Of a DNA stretch of 64,000 bases, positions 35,730 through 47,470 are shown in pieces. Origin of the DNA: Octopus bimaculoides (taxonomy: Eukaryota); the NCBI RefSeq assembly GCF_001194135.2, contig NC_068981.1, positions 11,369,988-11,433,987 on the forward strand, given 5' to 3'. Positions within the stretch are counted from its first letter, which is position 1; each line of letters begins with the position of its first letter. The position numbers were made by a program, and so were the translations under genes. Below the pieces are notes generated by a model that worked only from the letters and a program-made list of their open reading frames with translations, had not been told where the DNA came from and did no database searches.

Positions 35730-38640
35730 TTTGCAGGCCGAATGAGATTTAATAACCTTTCTTTTGATGAAAATCGTTTTAAGAAATTGTTTCTGCGCGG
35801 TCGTATCAATTCACTTTTAAGTGCAAAATTCCGTCTCTCAGCTTCAACCAATGTCCGTGTAACTCTTTCTCTTCCCAATTATATCATCTGTCGTTCTTCA
35901 TTGCGTTAAAAAAAAATATATTTTCTTCAATACCAGCACATTCACATTTAACAAACTTCCGCTTTTCTCAGTAAATAGAACCACTCGATATTAAATTTCG
36001 GATGTGTGCGATACAGATTGTGAGCAGCCTCCTAGTTGTTTTAACTAATTCACTTATTCTATCTTTGTCATTTTAAAGAAAGGTGCAGAATATTATCTTA
36101 ACGTTACTATGACCTAAATATCGATTACCTTCAAGATGTTGGTTTCTTAAATAAACAAAAAATTTCAAAACTGATAGAATGAAACTGGCTAATATCGATC
36201 TGAGTATTTGACTCGTACTTTATTCTATCGACTCCAAAATGATGAGAGTCTAAATGACCGACATTAGAGGAATATAAATTCACAACTTAACGAGCCACTT
36301 CTATCAACAATACTTCCTCCACTTATTTTTGTTTTAAGTAGCTTTTTATCTCTGCTCTTTACCCCCTGGAGACTTGTATTTTCTTTTCCCTTTATTTTAT
36401 CATTACGTTGGGTACTTAGGCATTTGTATCTTCCACAGAATTTCAACAGTATTGTCGTGTAGTATCTTTATCCTACCACGTTTAATCTTTCGATTTCAAG
36501 TCATAATTTATTCTGATCAATTATCGAATCTAATCTGACTACTAATAACCTTGCAACTCTTTCTCTTTCCAGATTGAACAAGAGATTTATCATCATCTAC
36601 ATGGCTGATATATAATTTAATATCATTCATATACAGCAGATAGTATATTGTCTCACCGTTCTTAGAAAAATCACTTGCAGCATGTTGATTTTTCGCAACC
36701 AGCTTGCCGAAGATCTTAATGCCATCTCGATTCTTAAGGAGAGAACGAATGTCCCTGCAATATTCTTCTCTGGATATTCACATTTCACAGGAGACCACTT
36801 CCCCTCTTTAGTTCTTCTTGCCACAATGCCATCACTTTTTTTTCTAAAGCAAAAGCATGATTATCCTCTCATAGGCACAAGAATATATAAATAGTTTGGA
36901 AGTGAAAACTGTGATTCACTACCGCGCATTTTTTGTAGTAAATCCACCTATTAGCTACGCTATTCATCCTTATCCTAACCTCACCTAGTAATGTTCTATG
37001 AATACAAAACACGTCAGCTCTTCCCCTTCGTTTTCCAGCACTCTCCTTGCCCTTCTGCAATACTTTCCCTTTCAGAAAGGTATGTAATCTTTTAATATGA
37101 GACCAATTCGCTAAAATAAGCATATATATGAGTACAATAACTCTCTTCCCTCCCCTTTTCGTTATCCTTCACTATCCTTCGATACATCATCCATATTAGT
37201 ATTCCATTTTCTACACTGTCTGTAAGAAATAATTGTATATAACTGTGTGCAACATTAAAACCTGAATCCCTGGATATCACCTGGTCAAGGTTTCCACTAT
37301 CATACATTTTCAAGCATCTTTTCATTTTCCCTAACATTTCCTCAAAGCAAGAGAACATTTACATTCTCTCGCGTTGACCTATTTTTCGTTACACCTTTAA
37401 ACTCCCGTAGCCAATAATTTTCACAACGGTTCTGGGCCTCCAAACTCATAATATCTGATCAAAAGTTCGTTGCTAATCAAGCGTTTGGTATTTTACTCTC
37501 TTGATATCCTTCTGCATTATTAATCTTCTGTAGAAATCCATTCCATTATTTTCTAATCTAATTGTTCTGTTGATTCCTATTCATTCGTTTGTATCTAGTA
37601 TTTTAAACGGATTTTGCTTTATTATTTTTTTCTTATCTCGGCATTATTTTGGCTGCCGTTAAACCTTCTGTTTCAAATATTGCTCTTTCTTTGAAACGCA
37701 TTCTCATATCTTTCCCTCACCTCCCTCGTTTTCACTTATAATTTTTTTTTTCTTCCATGATTATTTTTTGATCCGCTTAATTTAATTTCTCAAGACCCCT
37801 TTTCCACCATGGGTTTTAAATACTTTTTTTTAGCTCTACATTTATTTTCAAAATTTTATTCAGTAACAAAGGCTACACAGTATATGAAGTCATTAATTTC
37901 TGTTATTTTCTCAACTTTGATTTTAGCTCAGAGTTTATCCTCTTTCGGTATTGATTTTTGGAACTTTTCTCTTCCAATTCCTGTCAAAGCTGATAATTTC
38001 GTTTCATCCGTATTTCCTGTCTAATTCAAACATTGAAGTAATCTCCTTTACTCTTCACAGATATCCTTTCCCTTCACAAGGGAAAACTATTTTCAACTTC
38101 ACTACTACTTCTTTCTTCCTGTTAATTCACTGATATTTTTTGTCAGTTCTTGTTAAGTTCCTCGCCTACGTGATCAGTTTCTTTATCCTACGTTACTCTG
38201 ACGATCCCTTCCAGCTACAACTAAGATAAATATGATTTTCTCATTGCTTAATTTAAAAAAAAAAAGGATATCTTTGTTCTCTATTTTGGAATGCGTCCGT
38301 ATCCATCCATATATAACACATTTCCTTTCTGTGTCTTGTTTTTACATCGCACAGTTCTTTAGTAATATTCTATAAAATTTCTGCTGTCCCTTTGAGACCA
38401 CCTTCCTAGACAGTAATTGAATAAGAACCATCACATCCTCGTGTATGATGGAGCATGCCGTGCAAGACACCATCATGTGGGAATCGAGAATCATTAACGC
38501 AGTTATGAAATAAATTTTTATCTCGCAGTACACTTTAGTTTTACATTTGATACTATTTTGGTCTAATTTAAGAGCTCTACGATGAGAGGATACTAGCAAC
38601 GTTTTCGGTTTGCTTTTGTATAGCGACAAACTTACGAACA
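35730..38640 (-). mobile_element. R4/Dong-like LINE, ~2.9 kb decayed (5' end through RT to the post-RT region)
   Basis: Collinear minus-strand motifs: RWSQRDSRNFIEYY (N-terminus), RHRKEMCYIWMD..EQR, GNLDQVISRDSGF (cf. WKAPGPDGIQGF), GKRRGR..RWIYYKKC (cf. AWIDYKKAYD), VNIQRRILQGHSFSP, YLLYMNDIKLY (cf. HLLYMDDLKLY), TTRRLLT..HPKFNIEWFYLLRK and NWEEKELHG. Confidence 0.8.
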
Positions 38641-38652
38641 TATCTTCTTGAT

Positions 38653-38684
<32 letters not shown>

Positions 38685-38710
38685 TGTAGTAGTAGTAGTA
38701 GTAGTAGTAC

Positions 38711-38744
<34 letters not shown>

Positions 38745-38803
38745 TGTATTTGTTGTCGTTATTGGTATCCTTGTTGTTGTTATTGATCTCGCTGTTGTTG
38801 CGG

Positions 38804-38835
<32 letters not shown>

Positions 38836-38920
38836 CTCCTCCCCTCTTCTTCTTCTTCTTCTTCTTCTTCTTCTTCTTCTTCTTCTTCTTCTTCTCCTCC
38901 TCCTCCTCCTTCTTCTTTCT
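38653..38920. repeat. Compound (TAG)/(TTG)/(TTC)/(TCC) trinucleotide array
   Basis: Direct reading of the sequence. Confidence 0.95.
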
Positions 38921-39188
38921 CGTCCTTCTCATGATATTGGAAAATGTTGATCCTCATATATAGAAACACAGATTGTGAATGGCAGCAGCTTAACTTACCA
39001 CCGGTGTTCTGTGCCGCCTTAGAGCTTCTAGCCGAACACTTCTAATATACGCCTATCAATTTCTTGTTTTCGCAGAGTAGCTGCAGTATAAAGACATAAG
39101 CAAACTAATGTCAGGTGCTGTACACAACCACACATTCAATCACTTTTTCTCTCTCTTGCAAACGCACAGACACACACAGATACATACA

Positions 39189-39220
<32 letters not shown>

Positions 39221-39654
39221 NNNNNNNNNNNNNNNNNNNNNNNNNNNNNNNNNNNNNNNNNNNNNNNNNNNNNNNNNNNNNNNNNNNNNNNNNNNNNNNN
39301 NNNNNNNNNNNNNNNNNNNNNNNNNNNNNNNNNNNNNNNNNNNNNNNNNNNNNNNNNNNNNNNNNNNNNNNNNNNNNNNNNNNNNNNNNNNNNNNNNNNN
39401 NNNNNNNNNNNNNNNNNNNNNNNNNNNNNNNNNNNNNNNNNNNNNNNNNNNNNNNNNNNNNNNNNNNNNNNNNNNNNNNNNNNNNNNNNNNNNNNNNNNN
39501 NNNNNNNNNNNNNNNNNNNNNNNNNNNNNNNNNNNNNNNNNNNNNNNNNNNNNNNNNNNNNNNNNNNNNNNNNNNNNNNNNNNNNNNNNNNNNNNNNNNN
39601 NNNNNNNNNNNNNNNNNNNNNNNNNNNNNNNNNNNNNNNNNNNNNNNNNNNNNN

Positions 39655-39688
<34 letters not shown>

Positions 39689-39699
39689 GCACACACAAT

Positions 39700-39870
39700 C
39701 ACCCACAAGGTACTCCCAAGCAGTTTCTTGCCACAGAATTTATGCAAAAAGGTATTGGTTGATCGGAGGCGATTGTGGAAGATACTTGCCAAAAGGGTCT
39801 TAAAGGACGGCTGAAGCAGAAAGAACGTTAATAGGTTCCAATGGAACATATTAACCATGCAACCATGCTG
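39700..39870 (-). mobile_element. SINE family C head, diverged
   Basis: Reverse complement reads GCATGGTTGCATGGTTAA...TTTGGCAAGTATCTTCCACAATCGCCTCCGATCAACC. Confidence 0.5.
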
Positions 39871-40331
39871 GCATCTAAAATATTTTCTGAGAAACACACA
39901 TGCTGACTCACTTGTACGGAACAGATTGTATTCTATAATTCCGAAGAACTACAACGACGTTATTGAAGTAGAAATTGTTGGAAAAATTTGACCTAAACGT
40001 GAATTGATGTGACTGCATTTCCCTTAACTCAAAAGAAAGCCGTGGAAATGACTACGTATTTATTAGTCTGAGACAGAGAGAGAGACAATATACTAACGAC
40101 ATTCTTGAGACTGCTTTCACAACCCAAATTAAATATACCTTTCATAGTGATAGTAATTTAATTTGTCTAACAATAAAATTACACAAACATTAAATATAAC
40201 AGTTGATGTTACACTTTACTGCCTTAGACTTATTTCATTGCTTTTAAGTATTTTGAAAGAAATAATGGCTAAGGTAATAATCACTGAACCTAAATTGTTT
40301 TCTATGTATACATATGTGTGTATACCAATCG

Positions 40332-40368
<37 letters not shown>

Positions 40369-40766
40369 NNNNNNNNNNNNNNNNNNNNNNNNNNNNNNNN
40401 NNNNNNNNNNNNNNNNNNNNNNNNNNNNNNNNNNNNNNNNNNNNNNNNNNNNNNNNNNNNNNNNNNNNNNNNNNNNNNNNNNNNNNNNNNNNNNNNNNNN
40501 NNNNNNNNNNNNNNNNNNNNNNNNNNNNNNNNNNNNNNNNNNNNNNNNNNNNNNNNNNNNNNNNNNNNNNNNNNNNNNNNNNNNNNNNNNNNNNNNNNNN
40601 NNNNNNNNNNNNNNNNNNNNNNTATATATACATATATATATATATATATAATATATGTATATCAATATAATTATATACATGTATGTATACATATATGTTT
40701 ATGTATATATGCGTGTATATAGATATAGGTCTCTCTCTCTCTCTCTCTCTTTCTCTCACTCTCTCT

Positions 40767-40799
<33 letters not shown>

Positions 40800-41671
40800 G
40801 GCGGATATTTTAACTACAACAGAGTGACCACATAACCGCCGGAAATAACGTCTGTCAACATATCCTGTGCAATGAAAGAGAATGAACTTTCAAAACAAAT
40901 TTGCCATATGTTGTTATATGTTCCTGGATAACAAAAAGATGCAGCTAAATGTAGAGGACATAACGTATGACAAGAGATTTCTATTTGCGTGATTTCACTT
41001 CGGAATCCAAGCAATCTATTGTAGAAATGAGTGCCGTTGTATAAAAATATTTGATCGGTAGCGTTACACACCAATGGTATTACTACTATCATCCTATATT
41101 ATTCCATGTGAATTCATGGTCAAATGTTGAAAGCTGAATGTGTGAAATTGATAGACCTTTCGAGGCTAAGATGAAGAGCCAGCACTTCCTAAATATTATC
41201 AACAATGAAACTAAATACTTAATTAATTTATTCGGACATTCTTCCATTCCTGCTAACATCAGGAGCGTTATTCACATGAGACTATTTACACAATTGCTTG
41301 ACACATAAGAAACAGCAAAGCAATACATTGTAAATGACACTCTGCCATCTTAAAATGAAAGGAAATATCAAACTCTGTCCTCCTGGATACACTGTCCCAC
41401 AATAAAACTGTGCTTCTCATGAATGTAACCCCTCATGTTCCTGGTTCCCGTAAACAGAGTTTATCTCAACGGAACCTAATACTCCCAGCAACAACAAAGG
41501 GTCTTTTCACCATGCAAACCATTATGGACCATGGATATTCATTATTTGATGTAGTTCCGTTAGAGTTATGTACATGCATACCTCATACCACAGGAAGGTA
41601 TATATATGAGTACCTAAACATGTATACATATTTATCTATCTGTACATATAGGTATACCTACATACATACGT

Positions 41672-41704
<33 letters not shown>

Positions 41705-41725
41705 AACATATACAAATATATATGG

Positions 41726-41768
<43 letters not shown>

Positions 41769-41880
41769 ACTATGTATGCAAGTAATCATATGTGTGCGTA
41801 TGTAACTATATATATAAATGATTGAGGTAGCTATTCGCAATTTACAACCGAAAGCAACAAGTATAGTTGTCATTAAAATC

Positions 41881-42170
41881 TGGGTGGGTGTTAGTAAACA
41901 CCAGCATTGCTAGAAATAAAACTCAAAACATCTCTTAACCATGTCAGAGCACTTATCTAACGACTGACATAGGAGACAAGCTCCCTACAGGAAGCGGTTG
42001 TAAAATGTGTGTAGTAACTTTAAAAATGTATAATTCTCACTTCACCATTTTCGCAATCAGTAGGGAGCTTGTGTCCTTTGTGAGTTGTTAGAAAAGTGCT
42101 CTGACATGCCTATGAGTTGGTTTGACTCTTATTTCTAGTAATGCTAGTGCTGGCTAGCACCCGCACTCAC
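41881..42170. mobile_element. Foldback/MITE-like element with ~110-bp imperfect inverted arms
   Basis: 41940-41988 matches the reverse complement of 42060-42108 at 44/49 positions. Homology continues outward (CCAGCATTGCTAGAAATAAAACTCAAAAC vs CTAGCATTACTAGAAATAAGAGTCAAAC). Confidence 0.75.
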
Positions 42171-42184
42171 TTTGGTGACGACTA

Positions 42185-42350
42185 ATCATCATCATTATCA
42201 TCATCATTATCGTCGTCGTTTGACTTTCGCTTTCCATGCTGGCATGGGTTGGACGGTTTCACTGAGGACTGGCAAGCCGGGCGGATGCACCTGGTTTCAA
42301 TCTGACCTGCCAAGGTTTCTATGGCTGAATGCCCTTCCTAACGCCAACTA
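42185..42350 (-). mobile_element. RTE-type LINE/SINE 3' tail with a (GAT)n end
   Basis: CATCATCATTATCG..CGCTTTCCATGCTGGCATGGGTTGGACGG...GAATGCCCTTCCTAACGCCAAC resembles RTE-clade tails. It lies downstream of the RTE RT fragment on the same strand. Confidence 0.55.
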
Positions 42351-42589
42351 TTCGGAGATTTGATATTGCTGCACTTCTTATGTGTCCATAGCTTACACTG
42401 TGTACACCTTGTGAAGTTTCCACTTACGCTTTTTCTACAGATCGAGCAGGGCCATCTACCTAAAGAGACTTGTGATTTGTCTGCCTTCCTAATTCTAAGA
42501 ATTTGGTTTTTGCTAGATTGATTCTAAGGCCCCTCGATTCTAAACCATGCTTCCAAATTTGAAACTTCTTCTTTAGTTCTTGTAGTGAC

Positions 42590-43640
42590 TCAGCTATTAG
42601 AGCAAGGTCATCAGCATAGTAAGATAAATTTAATCATTGTTTGTTAAGAGTGGGTTTCCAGGGGCATCCTGTTTTGAATTCCTCTATTATTTCCTGGAGG
42701 ATTATGATGAATAAGAAGGGGGCTAGGGACTGATCTTTGGTGAAGACACGCTTCAATCCGATATGCTTCACTATAATCGTTACCAACCCTCATCTTACTA
42801 ATAGCATCCTTGTACATGGCATGTACAGCTCTCACCAACCACTCATCTGTCCCTAGTTTCCGCATTGACCACCAGATAAAGGATTGGGGGACCCTGTCAA
42901 AGCCTCTCCCCATGTCAACAAAAGCCAAATACAGAGATTTATATTTGGCTAGGAATTTCTTATGCAACTCTCTTAACAGAAATATAGCATCAGCGGTGAT
43001 TCTCCCTGGCACAAACCCAAACTGAATCTCATCTAAACTAACTCTCTCCCTAATTAGTTGGGCTATAACACTCCCCGTAACTTTCATCCCCTCATCCAAC
43101 AATTTGATACCTCTGTAATTATTTCAATGTAATGCGACACCTTTACCTTTGTAGAAGTTGACTGGTGCTGATACTGCATTAAATGGGTATGACTTCTTCA
43201 TGTATCACCTGGTTAACCAGACTATAGCCTACATTGCCAGCTATTCTAAGCTTCTCAGCAGTGATACTTCACGGGCCAAGGGCTTTCCCTGTTTTCATAC
43301 CCTTAATTACTTTATCTAACAAGGTATTGTCAATTCGAATGGCTCGTTCCTCTGTTGGGTCGACATTTGGCAGACCCTCTTTCTCCTATTCATTTTCTTC
43401 AGTTAGCAAACTTTCACAATGGCTTCTCCAAGTCTCTCTTTTTGCAGCATCATTAAATGCAAATGACCCTTCATTAGGGCACATTTCTCTCGTATGACAT
43501 CGCGATTTCCCCTCACACACTTTCTTTCAATTCGAAATACTTCAAGGTTTTGGTGCTCACGACGCAGAACAATGGCAATTTTTTCTCATCTGCTTCTCCT
43601 CTGGCTAAGTAAACCTATCTACTAGGTTCCGTTATGGCGA
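42590..43640 (-). mobile_element. RTE-clade LINE reverse transcriptase fragment
   Basis: YKGKG..NNYRGIKLL, QFGFVPGRITADAIFLLR, LYLAFVDMGRGFDRVP..IWWSMRKLG.DEWLVRAV.AMY, HQ.SV.SPLL and YYADDLALI. Confidence 0.9.
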
Positions 43641-43654
43641 TCTGGTACAGTTCC

Positions 43655-43715
<61 letters not shown>

Positions 43716-43734
43716 ACATACACACACACATATT

Positions 43735-43935
43735 TCGAAATGTAGCTAGATGTTCGCTGTTGGCGAGTTTCCTCCGTCTTCTTTTTCTCTTGAACTTTTT
43801 CTGAAGAAAACTTTTGCTCGAAACGCAAAACATCCCTTCTTTCCTAACCTGAGCGTGCATGTACCACGTCCTGACGTTGTTGTTTTTTCTTGCTGTATTT
43901 CTTCGTTCTTTTTCTGGGGTTATATACGTATATAT
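43735..43935 (+). mobile_element. Penelope-like terminal repeat (second subfamily)
   Basis: Same architecture as the 20404 and 47285 repeats: pyrimidine-rich lead-in, hammerhead-like motif, T-rich tail, then (TA)n. Confidence 0.45.
43797..43831 (+). ncRNA. Degenerate minimal hammerhead motif with canonical core
   Basis: UUUU-CUGAAGA-AAAC(UUUU)GCUC-GAAAC-GCA-AAAC. Restoring AAAC to GAGC and GCA to GUA (transitions only) gives a textbook minimal type I hammerhead. Confidence 0.45.
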
Positions 43936-44478
43936 ACGAACTATCTACAACCTATTAGTCAGTGACACGTAGGTGCTAATAACCACACCAGATATTCTTA
44001 ATTAAGGATAACTCTCTCAGATTACGCCGGCGATCAACTAGCCGAGCAGGTAGATACGTGGAAGTCTCGCTAATAACTAACTACGAGACCTTAGATTCAA
44101 CCAACCTCTATTCGTCATCTACCTCACAATAGATTTAATGAACTTTGAACCTAACTAAAATGTAAGACTTTCGAATCATGGAACATCTTCTTTTCCGGTT
44201 TCACCCTCTATATTTCGCTCTATTCTCCTCTTCTGTCTTCTCTACCTTCTTCGCTGCGATGATGTCTACCATTTGCAACGAGGTAAATACATATTTACCC
44301 CAGAATGGTATACAGAAATAGCTGTAAACTCACTCTTACTCTCACCTTGCCTAACTAATTAAATACGGGTTTTTTAGCACCAAAGACGCACATCTAATTG
44401 TCGTTTTCCCTTCATTTATTCATCGTATATGTGTATATATATATACATACATACATACATACATACATATACATACAT

Positions 44479-44540
<62 letters not shown>

Positions 44541-44689
44541 NNNNNNNNNNNNNNNNNNNNNNNNNNNNNNNNNNNNNNNNNNNNNNNNNNNNNNNNNNNN
44601 NNNNNNNNNNNNNNNNNNNNNNNNNNNNNNTATATATATGCGTGTGTGTGTGTGTGTGTATGTGTGTGTGTGTGTATACGTATATATTG

Positions 44690-44990
44690 TGAGTGCAACA
44701 CACAATAGTTACTCATAATTACGAGATCGTGGATTCGATTCCCAGACCGGGCGTTGCGTTGTGTAATTGACCAAAGCACATAATTTCACGTTGCTGTGGG
44801 ATCATTTCGTCATCTGACATGTGGCACACGGTCCACCATTACAGGTAATGTCGATTTGAGGGAGGGACTGATTTCATGTGTATACAAAAATTTGATCACT
44901 ATAAACAAATTATCTGTGTGATTATTCGGCAAAAATCTCCGGAACCTCATACGTCGTCAAACAACGGGGGACCGAAGTGTGTATTAACAA
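44690..44990 (+). mobile_element. tRNA-derived SINE related to the family B head
   Basis: GAGATCGTGGATTCGATTCCCAGACCGGGCG is shared with the 33287 and 57065 heads, with a different body. Confidence 0.55.
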
Positions 44991-45536
44991 GAGATTTTTA
45001 CTTTCAATGTAAACAAATACTGTAATGATAAACAAATATGGCGTTTGCACACAAAGCTGTTTAGATGTTGTTAATTTACTAAAACTGCATTAATAATAAT
45101 GATGATAGATATATTGCCGAAATAAAAGCGACTGAACGTATGATACACGGTAACATTCTATCACATTATTACGTTTTTTTATACATATCTCGTGGTGCTG
45201 TATTAATCTAATTCAAAGGAATTTGATTTAAAATCATTCCGCAAATGGCAATGTAATTGATATTTAGATCTGATTAATCTTTCAGTTATGGTTTGTTATC
45301 GTTTTCCTATTACTTCTCAAGAAGTCGGCAGTGAAAGTTGGCTGAATAAAGGTTTAAGGTTTTTGTACTCTCACGAGAGAGCAAACATCTACATGAAGAA
45401 ATAAATTCTGGCTGTAAGAAACTAGGTAAGACACATGAGTATATGTCTAAATCTTTCTGTCATTATTAATTAAGGACAGGATAACCAGATAAACTTCTTA
45501 TTACATTTTCGAGAATGAATTATTTCACTTGAGTCT

Positions 45537-45545
45537 CACTTGCTG

Positions 45546-45611
<66 letters not shown>

Positions 45612-45651
45612 TTGCTGCTGCTGCTGCTGCTACTACTACTACTACTACTAG
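45537..45651. repeat. (CTA)n/(CTG)n microsatellite
   Basis: Direct reading of the sequence. Confidence 0.95.
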
Positions 45652-45944
45652 AGTGATAGAGAGAGAGTGAAAGAGACATTAATTTGTGAGTGCGTTCGCA
45701 TTGTGTTTTTAAATGTGTATCACATCGGAAGAAAAGTAGATACATAAATACAAAGTAAAGTTGATACATAGATACATACACACGTTATTAAATTAAAAGC
45801 AGGAGAGAAAAGGGATACAGAGGAAGTGAAAGAGAAAGAGAGAAAGTGAGAGAGACAGTAGATACACAGATCTAAGGAAAAGTTATAGATTCATAAACAC
45901 AGCAAATATTGGACGTCTGTATCACTTTCCATTGCCACACGAGG

Positions 45945-46095
45945 ATAAAATTAATTCACAAGTGGCTGAGTACTCCACAGACATGCATATCATTAACGTA
46001 GTTCTCAGGGAGATTCAGCCTCATACATAATATTAAACAGCTGGCTTCTTTGAATTACAGTTACTACTAATTTTGGCAAGCTGAGTGGCCTGGAG
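45945..46095 (-). mobile_element. SINE fragment sharing the family B 3' half
   Basis: AAGTGGCTGAGTACTCCACAGACA..TTAACGTAGTTCTCAGGGAGATTCAGC is the reverse complement of the family B body, joined to a different upstream sequence. Confidence 0.6.
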
Positions 46096-46540
46096 CAAGA
46101 AAAACCTTCAAGTGTTTGGAAGAAAACGAAAAAAGGATCCCATACAGGGGCAGGGAAATCTTTCAATTCACACAGCTCTGTGAAGCTATTGGAGTCTGTG
46201 ATCAAACTCTGCTTGGTGTGGTTTGCTGCTGGGAGGCCATATATATCGCATCAGGATTTGGATCCTCGCCATTTCTACGGAAAGAGTCACAAAGAGTTGT
46301 TAAAGAATTTCTACGACTTCAACATTCCCAATTTCTTCTCTCCTAATGCCACCGCTTCTAATCCTATAACGTAGGGTGGGGTTGAGAGAGACGCCAACCG
46401 CTCTGGCTGCAACATCAAAGCTGAGCTGGTAGCGAAAAGCAATGAGGTATTCGAAGATTTTCTCAAGCATTGAGGGTGGCCGCCTAATGTAAACTGATGT
46501 CTTCTAGGCAAAATCTTGCTGATTTTAAAATTCATTTTTC
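46095..46540 (+). mobile_element. maT/DD37D-like transposase remnant
   Basis: KLLESVIKLCLVWFAAGRPYISHQDLDP..NFYDF..PNFFSPNA..NPI and VERDANRSGCNIKAEL (cf. AAGRPYVWQQDSAP..WPPNSPDCNP..VERDTN). Confidence 0.7.
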
Positions 46541-47255
46541 GATGATGTAATGTGTTTTCTTTTCATTTTATACCAACTATCAAATGTAGCCCGAACGCCC
46601 TGTGAGATATAGTTGTTATACTTCCTAAAACTATTCCTATTGCATTAAAGAAGTATACGGAATAATGTAGTTTCTGCCACCGTATCCCTGATAAAGGAAA
46701 GCAAAAATGAAATAGATGAAATGGGAGCAGCATGAATGATTTCTGCTTATGTGTGTGTATAATAAAAGCTGATCTGGTGGTTAAACCACAAATAGCTAGA
46801 TTACATTCATACTTCAACTTCCAACTCATATTTCAAGAGAGTAATGACTTTTCTACCTAAAGGTATATCTGCATAATTTCTTGTAGCAAAGAAATTATAA
46901 CATATCACCGCAGCTGCAGCTACCAGCATCAGCACTACCACCACCATGAACAGCAGCAACATCCTCGTCCCCTCTTTCACTCTCCTCGTCCCCTCCTTCA
47001 CTCTCCTCCTCCCCTCACCATGCCATCCACTCCTCCTCCCCTCCCTTCCCTCTTTTTCCTCCTCCTCATCAGTATCACCCTCATCAAGAACAACAACAAT
47101 AAAAACACCATATGAAAATATGGTATATGATCTGCCAATCTCTCATTGATTCCATCCGTCTTCCTTCCACTGAAACTCTACCACTTTTCTGAATTCATGC
47201 GCATAAGGGCACAAACGCAAAGCAATCATATATAAACACATACTGACATACATAC

Positions 47256-47284
<29 letters not shown>

Positions 47285-47289
<5 letters not shown>

Positions 47290-47470
47290 GAGAATATACG
47301 AAAAAACAACAACAGACGAGGACAGGTGGTGTAAATAACAAAAAGATGTAGTATGACGCTCGGGAATACGGAAAGTCTTTGACGTTTCGAGCTACGCTCT
47401 TCAACAGAAAGAATACGGAGACAAGGAGAAAAACACGGGGAAAAAAATTGAATAGTGTCCAATCAATGGT
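47285..47470 (-). mobile_element. Penelope-like terminal repeat
   Basis: The reverse complement is homologous to 20470-20640. Confidence 0.55.
47376..47412 (-). ncRNA. Minimal type I hammerhead-like ribozyme motif with variant CUGUUGAA core, structurally intact
   Basis: Minus strand: UCUUU-CUGUUGAA-GAGC(GUA)GCUC-GAAAC-GUC/AAAGA. It has a perfect 5-bp stem I, a 4-bp stem II, a palindromic ACGU stem III and a GUC cleavage triplet. Confidence 0.55.
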
